A DNA stretch of 64,000 nucleotides. Origin: an uncultured Candidatus Saccharibacteria bacterium. Lineage in GTDB: Bacteria > Patescibacteriota > Saccharimonadia > Saccharimonadales > Saccharimonadaceae. Each line of letters starts with the position of its first letter. The first letter of the stretch is position 1. The stretch lies in NCBI GenBank assembly GCA_963524295.1, contig CAURFZ010000001.1:361509-425508 (forward strand). The letters run 5' to 3'. This document shows positions 47,957-57,513 of the stretch, piece after piece. The position numbers were made by a program, and so were the translations under genes. The notes below the pieces were generated by a model. It saw nothing but the letters and a program-made list of their open reading frames with translations. It made no database searches and was not told where the DNA came from.

Positions 47957-48757
47957 TTACTCGCCGTGTCGCTTGGGGCTGCTCAGGTATTCCTCTGCAT
48001 CGCGAATAAGGAAAAGGCTTACGTCATCGCGGGTTTTGCCCGCCTTATGGAAGGGCGTGCTGATAACGTGGATGAGGATGATCATATACACCAAGACAAA
48101 GCTAATCAGCCCCACGACCGTCAGGCTGGCGACAAATGGGTCGATGTTGGTAATAAGCAAGAGACCAAGCAATGCCACCACAATAGAGCGCGCCAAGATA
48201 GATGCCGAGGGAATAAAGCGGATCCGCTGAATGTAATCGACCCGATGGCGGTGGCGGAGCAGTACCGTCTGCTGCTGCTTGAGCTTGACGATGAAGTTGG
48301 GCGGCACATTGCCCTGCTCCATCGTGGCAAAATACGGCGTCAAGCCCCGAATATCCTGCCGGGCGTCGTAGGCCGAGTGGCGCACATCGCTCGAAAACCC
48401 TTGGGCCACAGCATGCAGCTGGCGCCGGAAGCCATCGAGATCAAACACCGGATAGCTCTGATGAATCGCCGCGGCGTCATCATACATATCCTCTAGTAGC
48501 GCTGCAAACTCCGCCGGGATCCGCTCCGACTCTTTGTAGTCTGCGATCGTAGCCGAGAGCAAAAAACCAATCACAAAGGTCACGCTGGATATGACGCTAT
48601 TATGCAATGAGCTCTGCTCAATCGGCTCCCATCCCAGGCGGTGCAGAACGAACTTCACGCTCACCACCACTGTCGCCACTGCCAGCGCCTGCCAAAAAAT
48701 CCGCAGGAGTTTGCCCCGCTGCTTGATCTGTTTTATCTGCTTGATAGGTCGATTCAT
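47957..48757 (-). CDS. Hypothetical membrane protein (266 aa, ~4 TM)
   Basis: TM segments near both ends with a soluble central part. A bestrophin-like arrangement is possible but unverified. Confidence 0.55.
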   Translation of the reverse strand: MNRPIKQIKQIKQRGKLLRIFWQALAVATVVVSVKFVLHRLGWEPIEQSSLHNSVISSVTFVIGFLLSATIADYKESERIPAEFAALLEDMYDDAAAIHQSYPVFDLDGFRRQLHAVAQGFSSDVRHSAYDARQDIRGLTPYFATMEQGNVPPNFIVKLKQQQTVLLRHRHRVDYIQRIRFIPSASILARSIVVALLGLLLITNIDPFVASLTVVGLISFVLVYMIILIHVISTPFHKAGKTRDDVSLFLIRDAEEYLSSPKRHGE

Positions 48758-48880
48758 AATTTTTCTATTATACCGTATGAAGCGCAGAAGACAATTGTCC
48801 TGCCTTGTTGTGTATACAATCGACTAGGTTTAGCCATATCGCTGGATAGGAGATATGATATACCCACACCCCTATTACCT

Positions 48881-49450
48881 TTATAAGTCACCCCTATGGC
48901 GCAAAGCAAGCTCCTCCACCGAGGCAACATCGCGCAGCCATGGGAAGTGCCGCAGTAGCACCGCTGATTGCACAAGCTCCTGCCAGGAGATCGCTCGAGT
49001 GGTTATCCGCTCGCCTGCATCACAGCACGGTGGCATGTGGCGCACTGGTCGCCGGGCCAATACCAGGTGGATGAACCACTCCATCTTTGGCTCGGGCTGT
49101 ACCACCTCCAGCAGCTGCCAGTCGGCAAACTCCCAGCCTGTCTCCTCGCGCAGTTCACGCTGGGCTGCTGCAATGATGGTCGCATCCTCGGGGTCAACCC
49201 GCCCGGCTGGCAAATGGCCATGCCGCACGATGCCGCCTGGCTGCTCCTCGTCATTCACCAGTACGTTGCCCGCATCATCCACTGCAATAACGAACACTGT
49301 ATCGGGCCGGCGCACCATCTCGAAGGTCGCCACCGAGCCATCATACAGCCGCTGTGGCCACTGATAAACACTAAATATCTCACCCGCAAAGACACACTGT
49401 GCCTCGGGCGGAATCATCCGGGCATGGGGTGGAATGGTACGTTGTGTCAT
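48881..49450 (-). CDS. NUDIX hydrolase
   Basis: Nudix box [24 protein letters not shown]. The start is trimmed to ATG 49450 to avoid the hpt promoter and gene. Confidence 0.8.
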   Translation of the reverse strand: MTQRTIPPHARMIPPEAQCVFAGEIFSVYQWPQRLYDGSVATFEMVRRPDTVFVIAVDDAGNVLVNDEEQPGGIVRHGHLPAGRVDPEDATIIAAAQRELREETGWEFADWQLLEVVQPEPKMEWFIHLVLARRPVRHMPPCCDAGERITTRAISWQELVQSAVLLRHFPWLRDVASVEELALRHRGDL

Positions 49451-49549
49451 GATGGTATTGTAGCATTGTTCACATCTCCACACATTTCTCACTGCACCCA
49501 TCTTCCAAAAAGTTCGCCCCCACACCCCATATCTGCTACAATAATCCTT

Positions 49550-50086
49550 ATGCATAATGATATCGAAACAATCCTCTTTACCAACGATGACATTGCGCGT
49601 GCTGTGGCGCGCCTGGGCCGGCAGCTGAGCCAGGAATATGCCGATAAAAACCCACTGGTGGTGGGGATTTTGCGCGGGGCGGCGCCCTTTATGATCGATC
49701 TGGTGCGGGCGATGGATTGCATGCTGGAAATCGACTTTATGGACGTTTCGAGCTATGGCGACGAGCTGACCTCCACCGGCAATGTGCGCATCCTGAAGGA
49801 CCTCGATACAGATGTAGCTGGCCGGCATGTGCTGCTGGTAGAAGACATTGTAGATACGGGCCACACTGCCCGGGCGCTGTTTGAGCTCTTTGCGGAGCGC
49901 CACACCGCCAGTACTAAGCTCTGCACCCTGCTCGATAAACCCGAGCGCCGCACGGTGGACGTGCAGGCAGACTACATCGGCATCCCCACCCCCAATGAAT
50001 TCGTGGTGGGCTACGGCCTAGACTACCGCCAGCACTACCGCAACCTACCGTACATTGGTGTGCTGAAGCCTGGGGTGTATCAGTAG
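49550..50086 (+). CDS. hpt: Hypoxanthine-guanine phosphoribosyltransferase
   Basis: [12 protein letters not shown] and the PRPP loop [21 protein letters not shown] ends 7 nt before the ATG. Confidence 0.93.
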   Translation: MHNDIETILFTNDDIARAVARLGRQLSQEYADKNPLVVGILRGAAPFMIDLVRAMDCMLEIDFMDVSSYGDELTSTGNVRILKDLDTDVAGRHVLLVEDIVDTGHTARALFELFAERHTASTKLCTLLDKPERRTVDVQADYIGIPTPNEFVVGYGLDYRQHYRNLPYIGVLKPGVYQ

Positions 50087-50120
50087 GGCGCCCGCCGACA
50101 CCTAGCACCTAACACCCAAC

Positions 50121-50147
50121 AACCCCACACAATGATAGCGTGGGGTT
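50121..50147. terminator. Hairpin between convergent hpt and lectin genes
   Basis: AACCCCAC-N11-GTGGGGTT. No strong T-tract. Confidence 0.4.
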
Positions 50148-50172
50148 GCTTGCGTATACTGCGGAGCGCGAC

Positions 50173-51057
50173 TTAGTTGTCGAACGACGCGACGATATTC
50201 ATATGACCAGTTGAGGTGCCGTCGGGGTTGTTCACCCAGTTGCTGACAAATATCCAACCATAGGTTGCCGAGCTGTGGCGCCGCTTGTTTGGGTTATAGC
50301 CTGGATCCCAATCTGTTTCACTAACATCGTTCATGGTGCGATCAGCCACAGTCATCCGAATTGCGCCGCTATCCTGCGGTTTGGTTGTAACGCGGCGTGA
50401 GGCCTGGAACCACTCTGGTGCTGGCTGTGCCTTGGCTCGCTTGTCCCACCAGTGTTGGCCGGGTTGGTTGATCTTGGTACCGCGGCGTGGCAAGGTCCAG
50501 TACCAGCTGGATGCCCACACAGCCTTGTTGTTCTTGTCGTACACGACGATATTGCGGTCACTCTGGAAAGCTAGGCGCGTGCCTTTGCCCTGGGTGTTGG
50601 ATGACCACTGGGCAGCACCGGTGTGGCTGTAGAGTACCAAGTTGCCATCCTTTTGGAAGGTGAGGATAAATTCGCGGCCACCGCTAGTTTTGCCCGTCGT
50701 CAGGCAGAAGTTGTTTGGAGTAAAGTTGACGGTCTTGTTACCCCAGTTGAAACTAGCCGTGCGTTCATACACAGCCTTCGTCTTTTTATCATAATACTCA
50801 CCGCCACTCAGCTGCCAGTGGTAGGTGTCGAAAAATTCATTCTTGGGGCCACCCGCAGCACCTAGGCCACGACCGTCCTCGGTTGTCTTCCAGTACTCGT
50901 ATGAGTTCATGCTTTTGACCCGGCCGATCATTGCACTACACGTATTGCGAGCATCATTGATCTCGCGCTGGGTCGCACCAGCTTGTGCACCACCAAAGCA
51001 CACCAATGCAGCCGCCACTGCCGCGCCGGCCAGCGGGTAGATTGCTAACTTTTTCAT
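50173..51057 (-). CDS. Secreted bulb-type (MMBL) lectin-domain protein, paralog 1
   Basis: Signal peptide MKKLAIYPLAGAAVAAALVCFGGAQA. QxDxNxVxY motifs FQKDGNLVLY and FQSDRNIVVY. AAGGAG lies 8 nt before ATG 51057. Confidence 0.8.
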   Translation of the reverse strand: MKKLAIYPLAGAAVAAALVCFGGAQAGATQREINDARNTCSAMIGRVKSMNSYEYWKTTEDGRGLGAAGGPKNEFFDTYHWQLSGGEYYDKKTKAVYERTASFNWGNKTVNFTPNNFCLTTGKTSGGREFILTFQKDGNLVLYSHTGAAQWSSNTQGKGTRLAFQSDRNIVVYDKNNKAVWASSWYWTLPRRGTKINQPGQHWWDKRAKAQPAPEWFQASRRVTTKPQDSGAIRMTVADRTMNDVSETDWDPGYNPNKRRHSSATYGWIFVSNWVNNPDGTSTGHMNIVASFDN

Positions 51058-51242
51058 TGTCATCACTCCTTTGTAGAGAAGAGTTAGGCTAATATATATG
51101 CCTGATTATAGCCAATGCATATAAAACAAAAAAGACACAAATGATGCACAATTGACAACTATCTGAGATACCTCTGTTTCTCTACACACAAAAATACCAC
51201 GCTCCCCCACCTCTCATCTCTGATTTAAACCATCCACCTACC

Positions 51243-51271
51243 AAAACCCCGCACCATTATCTGATGCGGGG
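51243..51271 (-). terminator. Rho-independent terminator after lectin paralog 2
   Basis: CCCCGCA-N11-TGCGGGG followed by TTTT on the minus strand. Confidence 0.7.
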
Positions 51272-51316
51272 CTGGCGAACCAAGCGAGCTATTAGCCCAC
51301 TCGCGACGAGCGTGAC

Positions 51317-52177
51317 TTAGTTATCGAACGTCCCAACGATGTTGACGTGGTTTCGTATGCCATCGCCTCGTGCTTCGTTGGTTACCACTACCGAACCATA
51401 GGTAGCGCGCTGTGGGTACTGTGGCGAGGCCCAGTTGGTCTCGGGAATACCCTCGATAGTGCGGTCGGTAGCGCGCAGAGTGAGCACGCCAGTGTCTTGT
51501 GGCTTGGTTGTGGTGCGGCGCGACGCATGAAACCACTCTGGTGTTTGCTGCGCCTTGCCATAGCCGTGCCACCAGCGCTGGCCGGGCTGAGCAATCTTGG
51601 CACCGCGGCGTGGCGTGCTCCACTGCCAGCTCGATGCCCAGATGGCTTTATTGTTCTTGTCGTACACGACAATATTGCGGTCGCCCTGGAAGGCTAAGCG
51701 TGCACCCTTACCTTGAGTATTCGATGCCCACTGAGCTGTACCAGTGTGGCTGTAGAGTACCAAGTTGCCATCCTTTTGGAAGGTAAGAAGGAGCTCGCGG
51801 CCACCCGTTGTCTTGCCACTGCTCAAGCAAAAGTTCCCTGGCGCAAAGTTAACCGTCTTGCTCCCCCAGACGAAGCGTCCGCTATTGGCAAATGCTTCGT
51901 TGGATGCCCAGTCGTATACCTCTGTGCCGGCCACCACCCAGCCGTGCTGCTGGCGGAAGCTGTTGGTTGCGTCGGCGCTGTGGTCCTCTGGGTAGCCCTC
52001 CGGCATCTTCCAGTAGGTATATGCATTGGCCGCCTTGACTTGGCCTACCACTGTGCTACACGCCGCACGTGCTATACTGAGCTCTTGCTCGGTAGCATGA
52101 GCTGGCGCACCACTCAGGCACACCATGGCTGCGGCCACTGCCACACCTGCCAGCGAATAGTTAATTAACTTCGTCAT
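51317..52177 (-). CDS. Secreted bulb-type (MMBL) lectin-domain protein, paralog 2
   Basis: Signal peptide MTKLINYSLAGVAVAAAMVCLSGAPAHA. FQKDGNLVLY and FQGDRNIVVY. AGGAGGG RBS. Confidence 0.8.
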   Translation of the reverse strand: MTKLINYSLAGVAVAAAMVCLSGAPAHATEQELSIARAACSTVVGQVKAANAYTYWKMPEGYPEDHSADATNSFRQQHGWVVAGTEVYDWASNEAFANSGRFVWGSKTVNFAPGNFCLSSGKTTGGRELLLTFQKDGNLVLYSHTGTAQWASNTQGKGARLAFQGDRNIVVYDKNNKAIWASSWQWSTPRRGAKIAQPGQRWWHGYGKAQQTPEWFHASRRTTTKPQDTGVLTLRATDRTIEGIPETNWASPQYPQRATYGSVVVTNEARGDGIRNHVNIVGTFDN

Positions 52178-52409
52178 ACACCCTCCTGTGTGTTAGGTTG
52201 TTGTGCCTCTAGTATACCCCACTATCCTCTGTTGTAATAGCCCAAAAGACCACCCCTTATTACCCCATCTCTGTAGCGGTGTAAAAACCACATCGTGCTG
52301 TGGAAATCACGTGGATAACTGCCCACACTGCGAGAATATACAGTGCTCTCTCGCCCTGGCAAAAATATGCATTATGCAGCGAGTCTTGCAAGATTATGGG
52401 CCTAACCCC

Positions 52410-52439
52410 TTGCAAAAAACTAACCATAAGCGTTATAAT
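52410..52439 (+). promoter_or_regulatory. Sigma-70-type promoter upstream of the GH16 surface protein gene
   Basis: TTGCAA, 18-nt spacer, TATAAT. Confidence 0.4.
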
Positions 52440-52483
52440 CATGCTCATAACGTTTTTAGACAAAAACAGGGGGGGACAAAACG

Positions 52484-55171
52484 GTGATAAAAAAAGCAAT
52501 TATTGTGCTTGCGGCACTTGGTAGTGTTGTGTTGCTTGCACTTCTCTATCATGGCACAACACATGCCGACCAATGGGGTATGGTGTGGCACGATGAGTTT
52601 ACTGGCTCTGCTGTGTCTGGCGAGTGGGACATACTCAAGCAAAATACTGACAACTTGCGCAATACCCACCTCGCCTACAGCCCAAACAATCTCAAGGTCG
52701 CCAACAGTCATCTCGAGATCACTACGCAGCGCCACTGTGTGAGCAATTTGAACGAGCCGCTCACCAGTGCCAACATGAGTGAGCAGCCCTGCCCCAGCGG
52801 CACCACAACCCGCTACCTCAGTGGACGAGTCAAAAACAAGGGCAAGGTTGTGGACGGCACCAAGCCATTCCGAGCCGAGATTCGGGCGAAGTTTAATTGG
52901 AATGGCAAGCGTGGTACACGGCCATCGCTGTGGATGGTGAGTGGCAATACGCTCCAAAACTGCAACGACAACCCCAAGGCCAACGACCCATACGGTGAGC
53001 TAGACATCATCGAGTGGTATTCATCCACACCAAATTACGCGTGGTCGACCACCCATATGTCGTGCTACCACCACGGTGTCGATGCCAAATGGAAGACTGG
53101 CTGGCGGACGCGTGCCCTATCGCACAGTGGCGAGCACTATGCCGGTGCGCGGCCAGGCTCATTTGCGTACGAGTGGCACACCTGGGCAGTAGAGTATGAT
53201 GGTACGACGGTCAAGTACTTTGTAGACGACGAGCCCATCAAGGTATATCGCTACCATGTGAGCCCTACCGACGATGGCAACATCTTCCCTAGAAAGGATG
53301 CCGAACCACTGACGAAGGTCGCCAGCCAAGAGAATATCAATGGTGCATTCCACCGCGGCTGGCAATTCATCCTCAACGACTACGTAGAGATTAGCAAAAA
53401 CCTCAGCCCTATCGACCCATCCGATCCATTCCCTACCCAGACGATGCTAATCGACTATGTGCGCGTCTTCCAAAAGGGTGCGGGCACGCAGCCACCCGAG
53501 ACGCCAGTGCCAGCAACCGGCACGAAATGGGCTAAGCATGATGCTGCAGGCGACCGCAAATGGTCGGCCCTTGCGAGCTCGGCCGATGGGAGCAAACTGG
53601 TAGCTGCCGCCTGGGGTGGCACAATCCACACCTCTCGCGACGGTGGCGCGACCTGGACGGAGCAGCCAAAGTCTGAGGTGCGCAACTGGGTGAGCATTGC
53701 CAGCTCGGCCGACGGGAGCAAGATTGCGGCACTCTACGACTGGGGCGGCTACATCATGACATCGCAAGACGGCGGTGCAACGTGGCGCAAGCACGCGATG
53801 AGTGGCTCGATCAACTGGATGTCGATCGCCAGCTCGGCCGATGGTAATAAGCTGGTGGCCGTCGCCAAGGATCACGTTATCTACACCTCGCGCGATGGCG
53901 GTGCAACCTGGACGGAGCAACCAAAGTCGGGCAGCCGCAAATGGCGCGCCGTCACAAGCTCGGCCGATGGCAATAAACTAGCTGCAGTCGTCGAAGGCGG
54001 CGCCATCTACACCTCTTCGAACGGTGGTGCGACGTGGACGGAGCGCACCCAAGCTGGCAGCCACACCTGGACATCGATTGCTAGCTCACCCGATGGCACA
54101 AAGCTGGTCGCAACAGCCGCTGGTGGCTATATCTATACTTCGGCCGACGGTGGTGCGACGTGGACGGAGCACAGTGTCGATGGCCGACACAACTGGACAG
54201 CTGCAACCATCTCGGCCGATGGCAACACCCTAGCCGCAACAGCCGGCGGTGGTGGCTACATCTATGTATCGACCGACGGCGGTGCAACGTGGGTAGCTCA
54301 GACGTCACCTGGTGTGCCCAACTGGTCAGCCCTTGCTAGCTCGGCCGATGGGAGCAAGCTCGCGGCCGCTGCCTATGGTGGCATGGTATACACCACTACC
54401 CAACAGATAGAGGACGGCACACTGGCCGCTGCCGAGGCTGCTCTAGCCCAAGCCGAAGCCAGCAAGAGCCCTGCAGACATCGCTGCTGCTCAAGCCCGCA
54501 TTGCTGCCGTCAAGGACGCACGCAAAAAAGCCGCGCTCCAAGCTCGGCTAAACGCCATCACATCAGCTCCATCCATAACAACACCCAAGCAGCCCACGCA
54601 GCCGACCAACTCGACTACCATCCCTCAGCCGCTCGGCGGTGCGGTATCGCTCGCTACAGCTGGTACACCCTGCAGCCACATTGCTTCGGCCGAGCCAGCA
54701 GCTGCTCCCCAGCAGTACCAAGGCCGGACTCTGCGCAATAGCGTGCGCTTCACCATCACCTGTGCTGGGCGCACAGCGCACACTGGCTACACCACCCATG
54801 TCGCACTCACACTCAGCACGCGCTATCGCGACCCAAGCCGCCTCACCGTGCTCAAACTTGCCAAAGGTGGCTCGATCATCGAAGATATCACAAGCCGGAT
54901 CAACTTTGGCACAAACCCCAGTGGTACACGCACAACAATCGCTTACGACGTAACCGACGGTGGCTTTGGCGACGAAGACGGCGCTGCGAACGGTACGATC
55001 CTCGACCCCATCGCCATCTACGAAGATACATCGCACACCGGCTCTACCAGCAACTCATCGCGCCCTAGTGGCCTCCTCGCCAACACCGGCGATAGCATCC
55101 TCCCCATTACCCTCGGCGCAATTGTGCTAGGTGGTGGCGGGGTGTGGATACTCCGCAAACGGCGATCGTAG
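52484..55171 (+). CDS. Cell-wall-anchored GH16 glucanase fused to an 8x Asp-box (BNR) beta-propeller, with LAxTG sorting signal
   Basis: Signal peptide. GH16 ExDxxE in GELDIIEW. Eight SxDGGATW boxes. Ala-rich coiled linker. C-terminal LANTG plus TM plus RKRRS. Confidence 0.85.
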   Translation: MIKKAIIVLAALGSVVLLALLYHGTTHADQWGMVWHDEFTGSAVSGEWDILKQNTDNLRNTHLAYSPNNLKVANSHLEITTQRHCVSNLNEPLTSANMSEQPCPSGTTTRYLSGRVKNKGKVVDGTKPFRAEIRAKFNWNGKRGTRPSLWMVSGNTLQNCNDNPKANDPYGELDIIEWYSSTPNYAWSTTHMSCYHHGVDAKWKTGWRTRALSHSGEHYAGARPGSFAYEWHTWAVEYDGTTVKYFVDDEPIKVYRYHVSPTDDGNIFPRKDAEPLTKVASQENINGAFHRGWQFILNDYVEISKNLSPIDPSDPFPTQTMLIDYVRVFQKGAGTQPPETPVPATGTKWAKHDAAGDRKWSALASSADGSKLVAAAWGGTIHTSRDGGATWTEQPKSEVRNWVSIASSADGSKIAALYDWGGYIMTSQDGGATWRKHAMSGSINWMSIASSADGNKLVAVAKDHVIYTSRDGGATWTEQPKSGSRKWRAVTSSADGNKLAAVVEGGAIYTSSNGGATWTERTQAGSHTWTSIASSPDGTKLVATAAGGYIYTSADGGATWTEHSVDGRHNWTAATISADGNTLAATAGGGGYIYVSTDGGATWVAQTSPGVPNWSALASSADGSKLAAAAYGGMVYTTTQQIEDGTLAAAEAALAQAEASKSPADIAAAQARIAAVKDARKKAALQARLNAITSAPSITTPKQPTQPTNSTTIPQPLGGAVSLATAGTPCSHIASAEPAAAPQQYQGRTLRNSVRFTITCAGRTAHTGYTTHVALTLSTRYRDPSRLTVLKLAKGGSIIEDITSRINFGTNPSGTRTTIAYDVTDGGFGDEDGAANGTILDPIAIYEDTSHTGSTSNSSRPSGLLANTGDSILPITLGAIVLGGGGVWILRKRRS

Positions 55172-55201
55172 CCGTGCTCCTGCCCCACACGGCTCTATCT
55201 T

Positions 55202-55238
55202 GGCTTGGATACTGTGCTATCCAAGCCACTTTCTTTTG
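55202..55238 (+). terminator. Rho-independent terminator after the GH16 gene
   Basis: GGCTTGGATA-N6-TATCCAAGCC followed by ACTTTCTTTTG. Confidence 0.7.
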
Positions 55239-55760
55239 CCTCCTTGCGTGTATATAAGCTTGCTAGTACGAGCGAGATTCACATTGCTAGCAATGTAGGG
55301 TTGGCGCTCTAACCATCTCCCGCACTGCTTTGGGTAAAATAAGGGCACGCTATACGTGCCTCTCCCCTCCCCAAAATCACAAACCATCCTCAATAGGTGG
55401 AGGACTAATCATCGGCTCAATGTGATCACCCACACTGCCATTGATGTAGATCACAAGGCCGATGCATTAGTGATTGACACCAAGATACATCGCACAGGAA
55501 GCAAGTTCCATCGGTCGCCATCATCTCTAACCCCGACCATCACCGCGCAATGCAAAGGCCGCACCAACACAGCAGCAGCCCTACCCATTCTTCCTCAAGA
55601 GCCCCTAGCAGCGCGCTGGTGCTGGCGTTCTACCTGTGTAAGGTATTTGTCTTGCTGCTTATGCTCAAGTACTGTGACGGTGTATCACTACTACATTAGC
55701 GCCCAAGCCGCTTAATAATATGCAATTGCTCTATAATGAGCACTCTACCCTACCCCAACC

Positions 55761-55794
55761 AAAAAAGAGAAAGGCATACGGTATGCCTTTCTCT
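55761..55794 (-). terminator. Rho-independent terminator after the 55824 gene
   Basis: 14-nt palindromic arms AGAGAAAGGCATAC/GTATGCCTTTCTCT followed by T6 on the minus strand. Confidence 0.8.
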
Positions 55795-55823
55795 TGGGTA
55801 TAGAGACGCTGCAGTGCAGTGCT

Positions 55824-57389
55824 CTAGTTCTTGCGGCTCTTGACGAACCAGAAGCTTCCGGCGCCAAGACCACTGGCTGCGAGTGCAGCAACGAGCCATA
55901 CGCTGTCGCCGGTGTCGGCGAGAGCTGGACCTTCGTGCTTAGCAGGAGCGGCAGGCTGTGCTGCGGGTGCAGCTGCCGGTGCTGGATTTGCCTGTGCAGG
56001 TTCTGCTACAGGTGCTGGCTCTGCGGCTGGTGCAGGCTCTGTCGCTGGCTCAGCAGGTGCGGGAGCAGCTGGAGTTGCTGGCGCAGGTGCGGCAGGTGTA
56101 GGAGTAGGTGTAGCTGGTGCTGGAGTGGCCGGAGCCGGAGTCGCAGGTGCGGGTGTAGCAGGCGCAGGATTTGCTGGGGCCGGAGTTGCGGGTGCTGGAT
56201 TTGCCGGAGCTGGGGTTGCTGGCGCAGGTGTCGCAGGTGCGGGCGTGGCCGGAGCAGGTGTAGCGGGCGCAGGATTGGCCGGAGCTGGGTTAGCCGGTGC
56301 AGGATTTGCGGGCGCAGGGTTAGCTGGTGCTGGGTTGGCCGGAGCTGGCTGCACAACTGGCTTGTCCTTAGCTGTTGCTGTGTTGATGTTGCCACCGTTG
56401 AGTGCTGCAGCGAGGCGTGCACCGTCGTCTGACATAACAACAGCCGACCACGCACCGGTAGCAGCGCTATCATTTTCCATCCAGGTGACACCACCATCGT
56501 CTGAGGTGTAGACCTTACCACCGTTGACTGTCGCGGCAAGCTTCATACCATCGGCTGAGCTAGCGATTGATGTCCACTTCTGTGGGGTCGAGGCAGCTTG
56601 CTCTTTCCAAGTAACACCGCCGTCTGTCGAGGTGTGAATCTTGCCATCGTTGACGGTTGCAGCAAGCTTCATACCATCAGCCGAGCTAGCGATTGATGTC
56701 CACTTCTGGGTGCCAGCAGCTGCTTGCTCTGTCCAGGTGACACCGCTGTCTGTCGAGGTGTAGACAACGCCGTCGGCAACAGTTGCAGCAAGCTTAGTGC
56801 CATCAGCCGAGCCGGCGATCGATGTCCACTTCTTCGCACCTGGGTTGGCTTGCTCTTTCCAGCTTGCGCCAGAGTTAGTAGAGGTAAATACCCCACGGTT
56901 GGTTGCCACAGCGGCGAGCTTGGTGCCATCGGCCGAGCTCGTCACAGACACCCAGTCACCAGCAGCTCCTGGGAGACCATTTTTCGTCCAGGTAGCACCT
57001 GAGTCATTCGAAGTGTACATGTAGCCACCCCATTGGTAAAAGGCAGCGATCTTACTACCATCAGCCGAGCTGGCAAGAGCCGTCCACTTTTGCGGCGCAG
57101 GAAGGCCGGTTATTGGTCGTTCCATCCAGGTGACACCACTGTCTGTCGAGGTGTAGACATTCCCGACATTCACTGCTGCAACGAGCTTGGTGCCGTCTGT
57201 CGAGCCAGCCATTGCCGACCAGTTCTTTGTGCCAGAGCCAGCTTGGTCCTTCCAAGCTACCTCTTGGGCGGCACGTGTGGGCTGGGCAAACAATGCCACC
57301 ATAGCGGCTACCGCCACCAGGCACCCAGCCTGAGACACGCGAGCGAGCGTTCTCCATTTATTATGTTTTGCTTGCCTGAGTTCCCTCAT
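55824..57389 (-). CDS. Cell-wall-anchored Asp-box beta-propeller protein with (PAPAN/PAPAT)n stalk and LAxTG sorting signal
   Basis: AAGGAGGG RBS before ATG 57389. Signal peptide. Six to seven S(T/N/D)DxG(V/A)(T/S)W boxes. About 140-aa Pro-Ala stalk. LADTG plus TM plus KSRKN. Confidence 0.85.
   Translation of the reverse strand: MRELRQAKHNKWRTLARVSQAGCLVAVAAMVALFAQPTRAAQEVAWKDQAGSGTKNWSAMAGSTDGTKLVAAVNVGNVYTSTDSGVTWMERPITGLPAPQKWTALASSADGSKIAAFYQWGGYMYTSNDSGATWTKNGLPGAAGDWVSVTSSADGTKLAAVATNRGVFTSTNSGASWKEQANPGAKKWTSIAGSADGTKLAATVADGVVYTSTDSGVTWTEQAAAGTQKWTSIASSADGMKLAATVNDGKIHTSTDGGVTWKEQAASTPQKWTSIASSADGMKLAATVNGGKVYTSDDGGVTWMENDSAATGAWSAVVMSDDGARLAAALNGGNINTATAKDKPVVQPAPANPAPANPAPANPAPANPAPANPAPATPAPATPAPATPAPATPAPANPAPATPAPANPAPATPAPATPAPATPAPATPTPTPAAPAPATPAAPAPAEPATEPAPAAEPAPVAEPAQANPAPAAAPAAQPAAPAKHEGPALADTGDSVWLVAALAASGLGAGSFWFVKSRKN
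56105..56350 (-). repeat. About 16 tandem 15-nt units encoding PAPAN/PAPAT (coordinates approximate)
   Basis: 5-aa periodicity in the translated stalk. In-frame coding repeat. Confidence 0.85.
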
Positions 57390-57513
57390 GCAATAACCCT
57401 CCTTTTTGTTGTGAAACACAACACCTTAAATATAACGTTCGCATTATAACACTATTGTGCTTATGGTAACAAGGGGTAATCGAGCGGTGATCGGCAGTAT
57501 ATTTCGCTACGTG

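Noticed and set aside
47816-48496. 226-aa plus-strand ORF
   Set aside because: It is antisense to the 266-aa membrane protein gene, which has TM segments and a defined upstream region. The plus ORF product is low-complexity and charged with no RBS.
48881-50086. Long overlapping ORFs 48881-49903 (minus, 340 aa) and 48968-50086 (plus, 372 aa)
   Set aside because: Only the C-terminal 189 aa of the minus ORF (Nudix box) and the last 178 aa of the plus ORF (HPRT) carry domain signatures. The extensions overlap each other antisense and lack start signals, so both were trimmed to ATG 49450 and ATG 49550.
55831-56511. 226-aa plus-strand ORF made of GAG/VAG repeats, and the idea that the 15-nt tandem repeats could be a CRISPR-like array
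   Set aside because: It is the antisense reading of the PAPAN/PAPAT stalk of the LAxTG protein. The repeats are contiguous with no spacers, only 15 nt long, and in frame with a signal-peptide-to-sorting-signal ORF.
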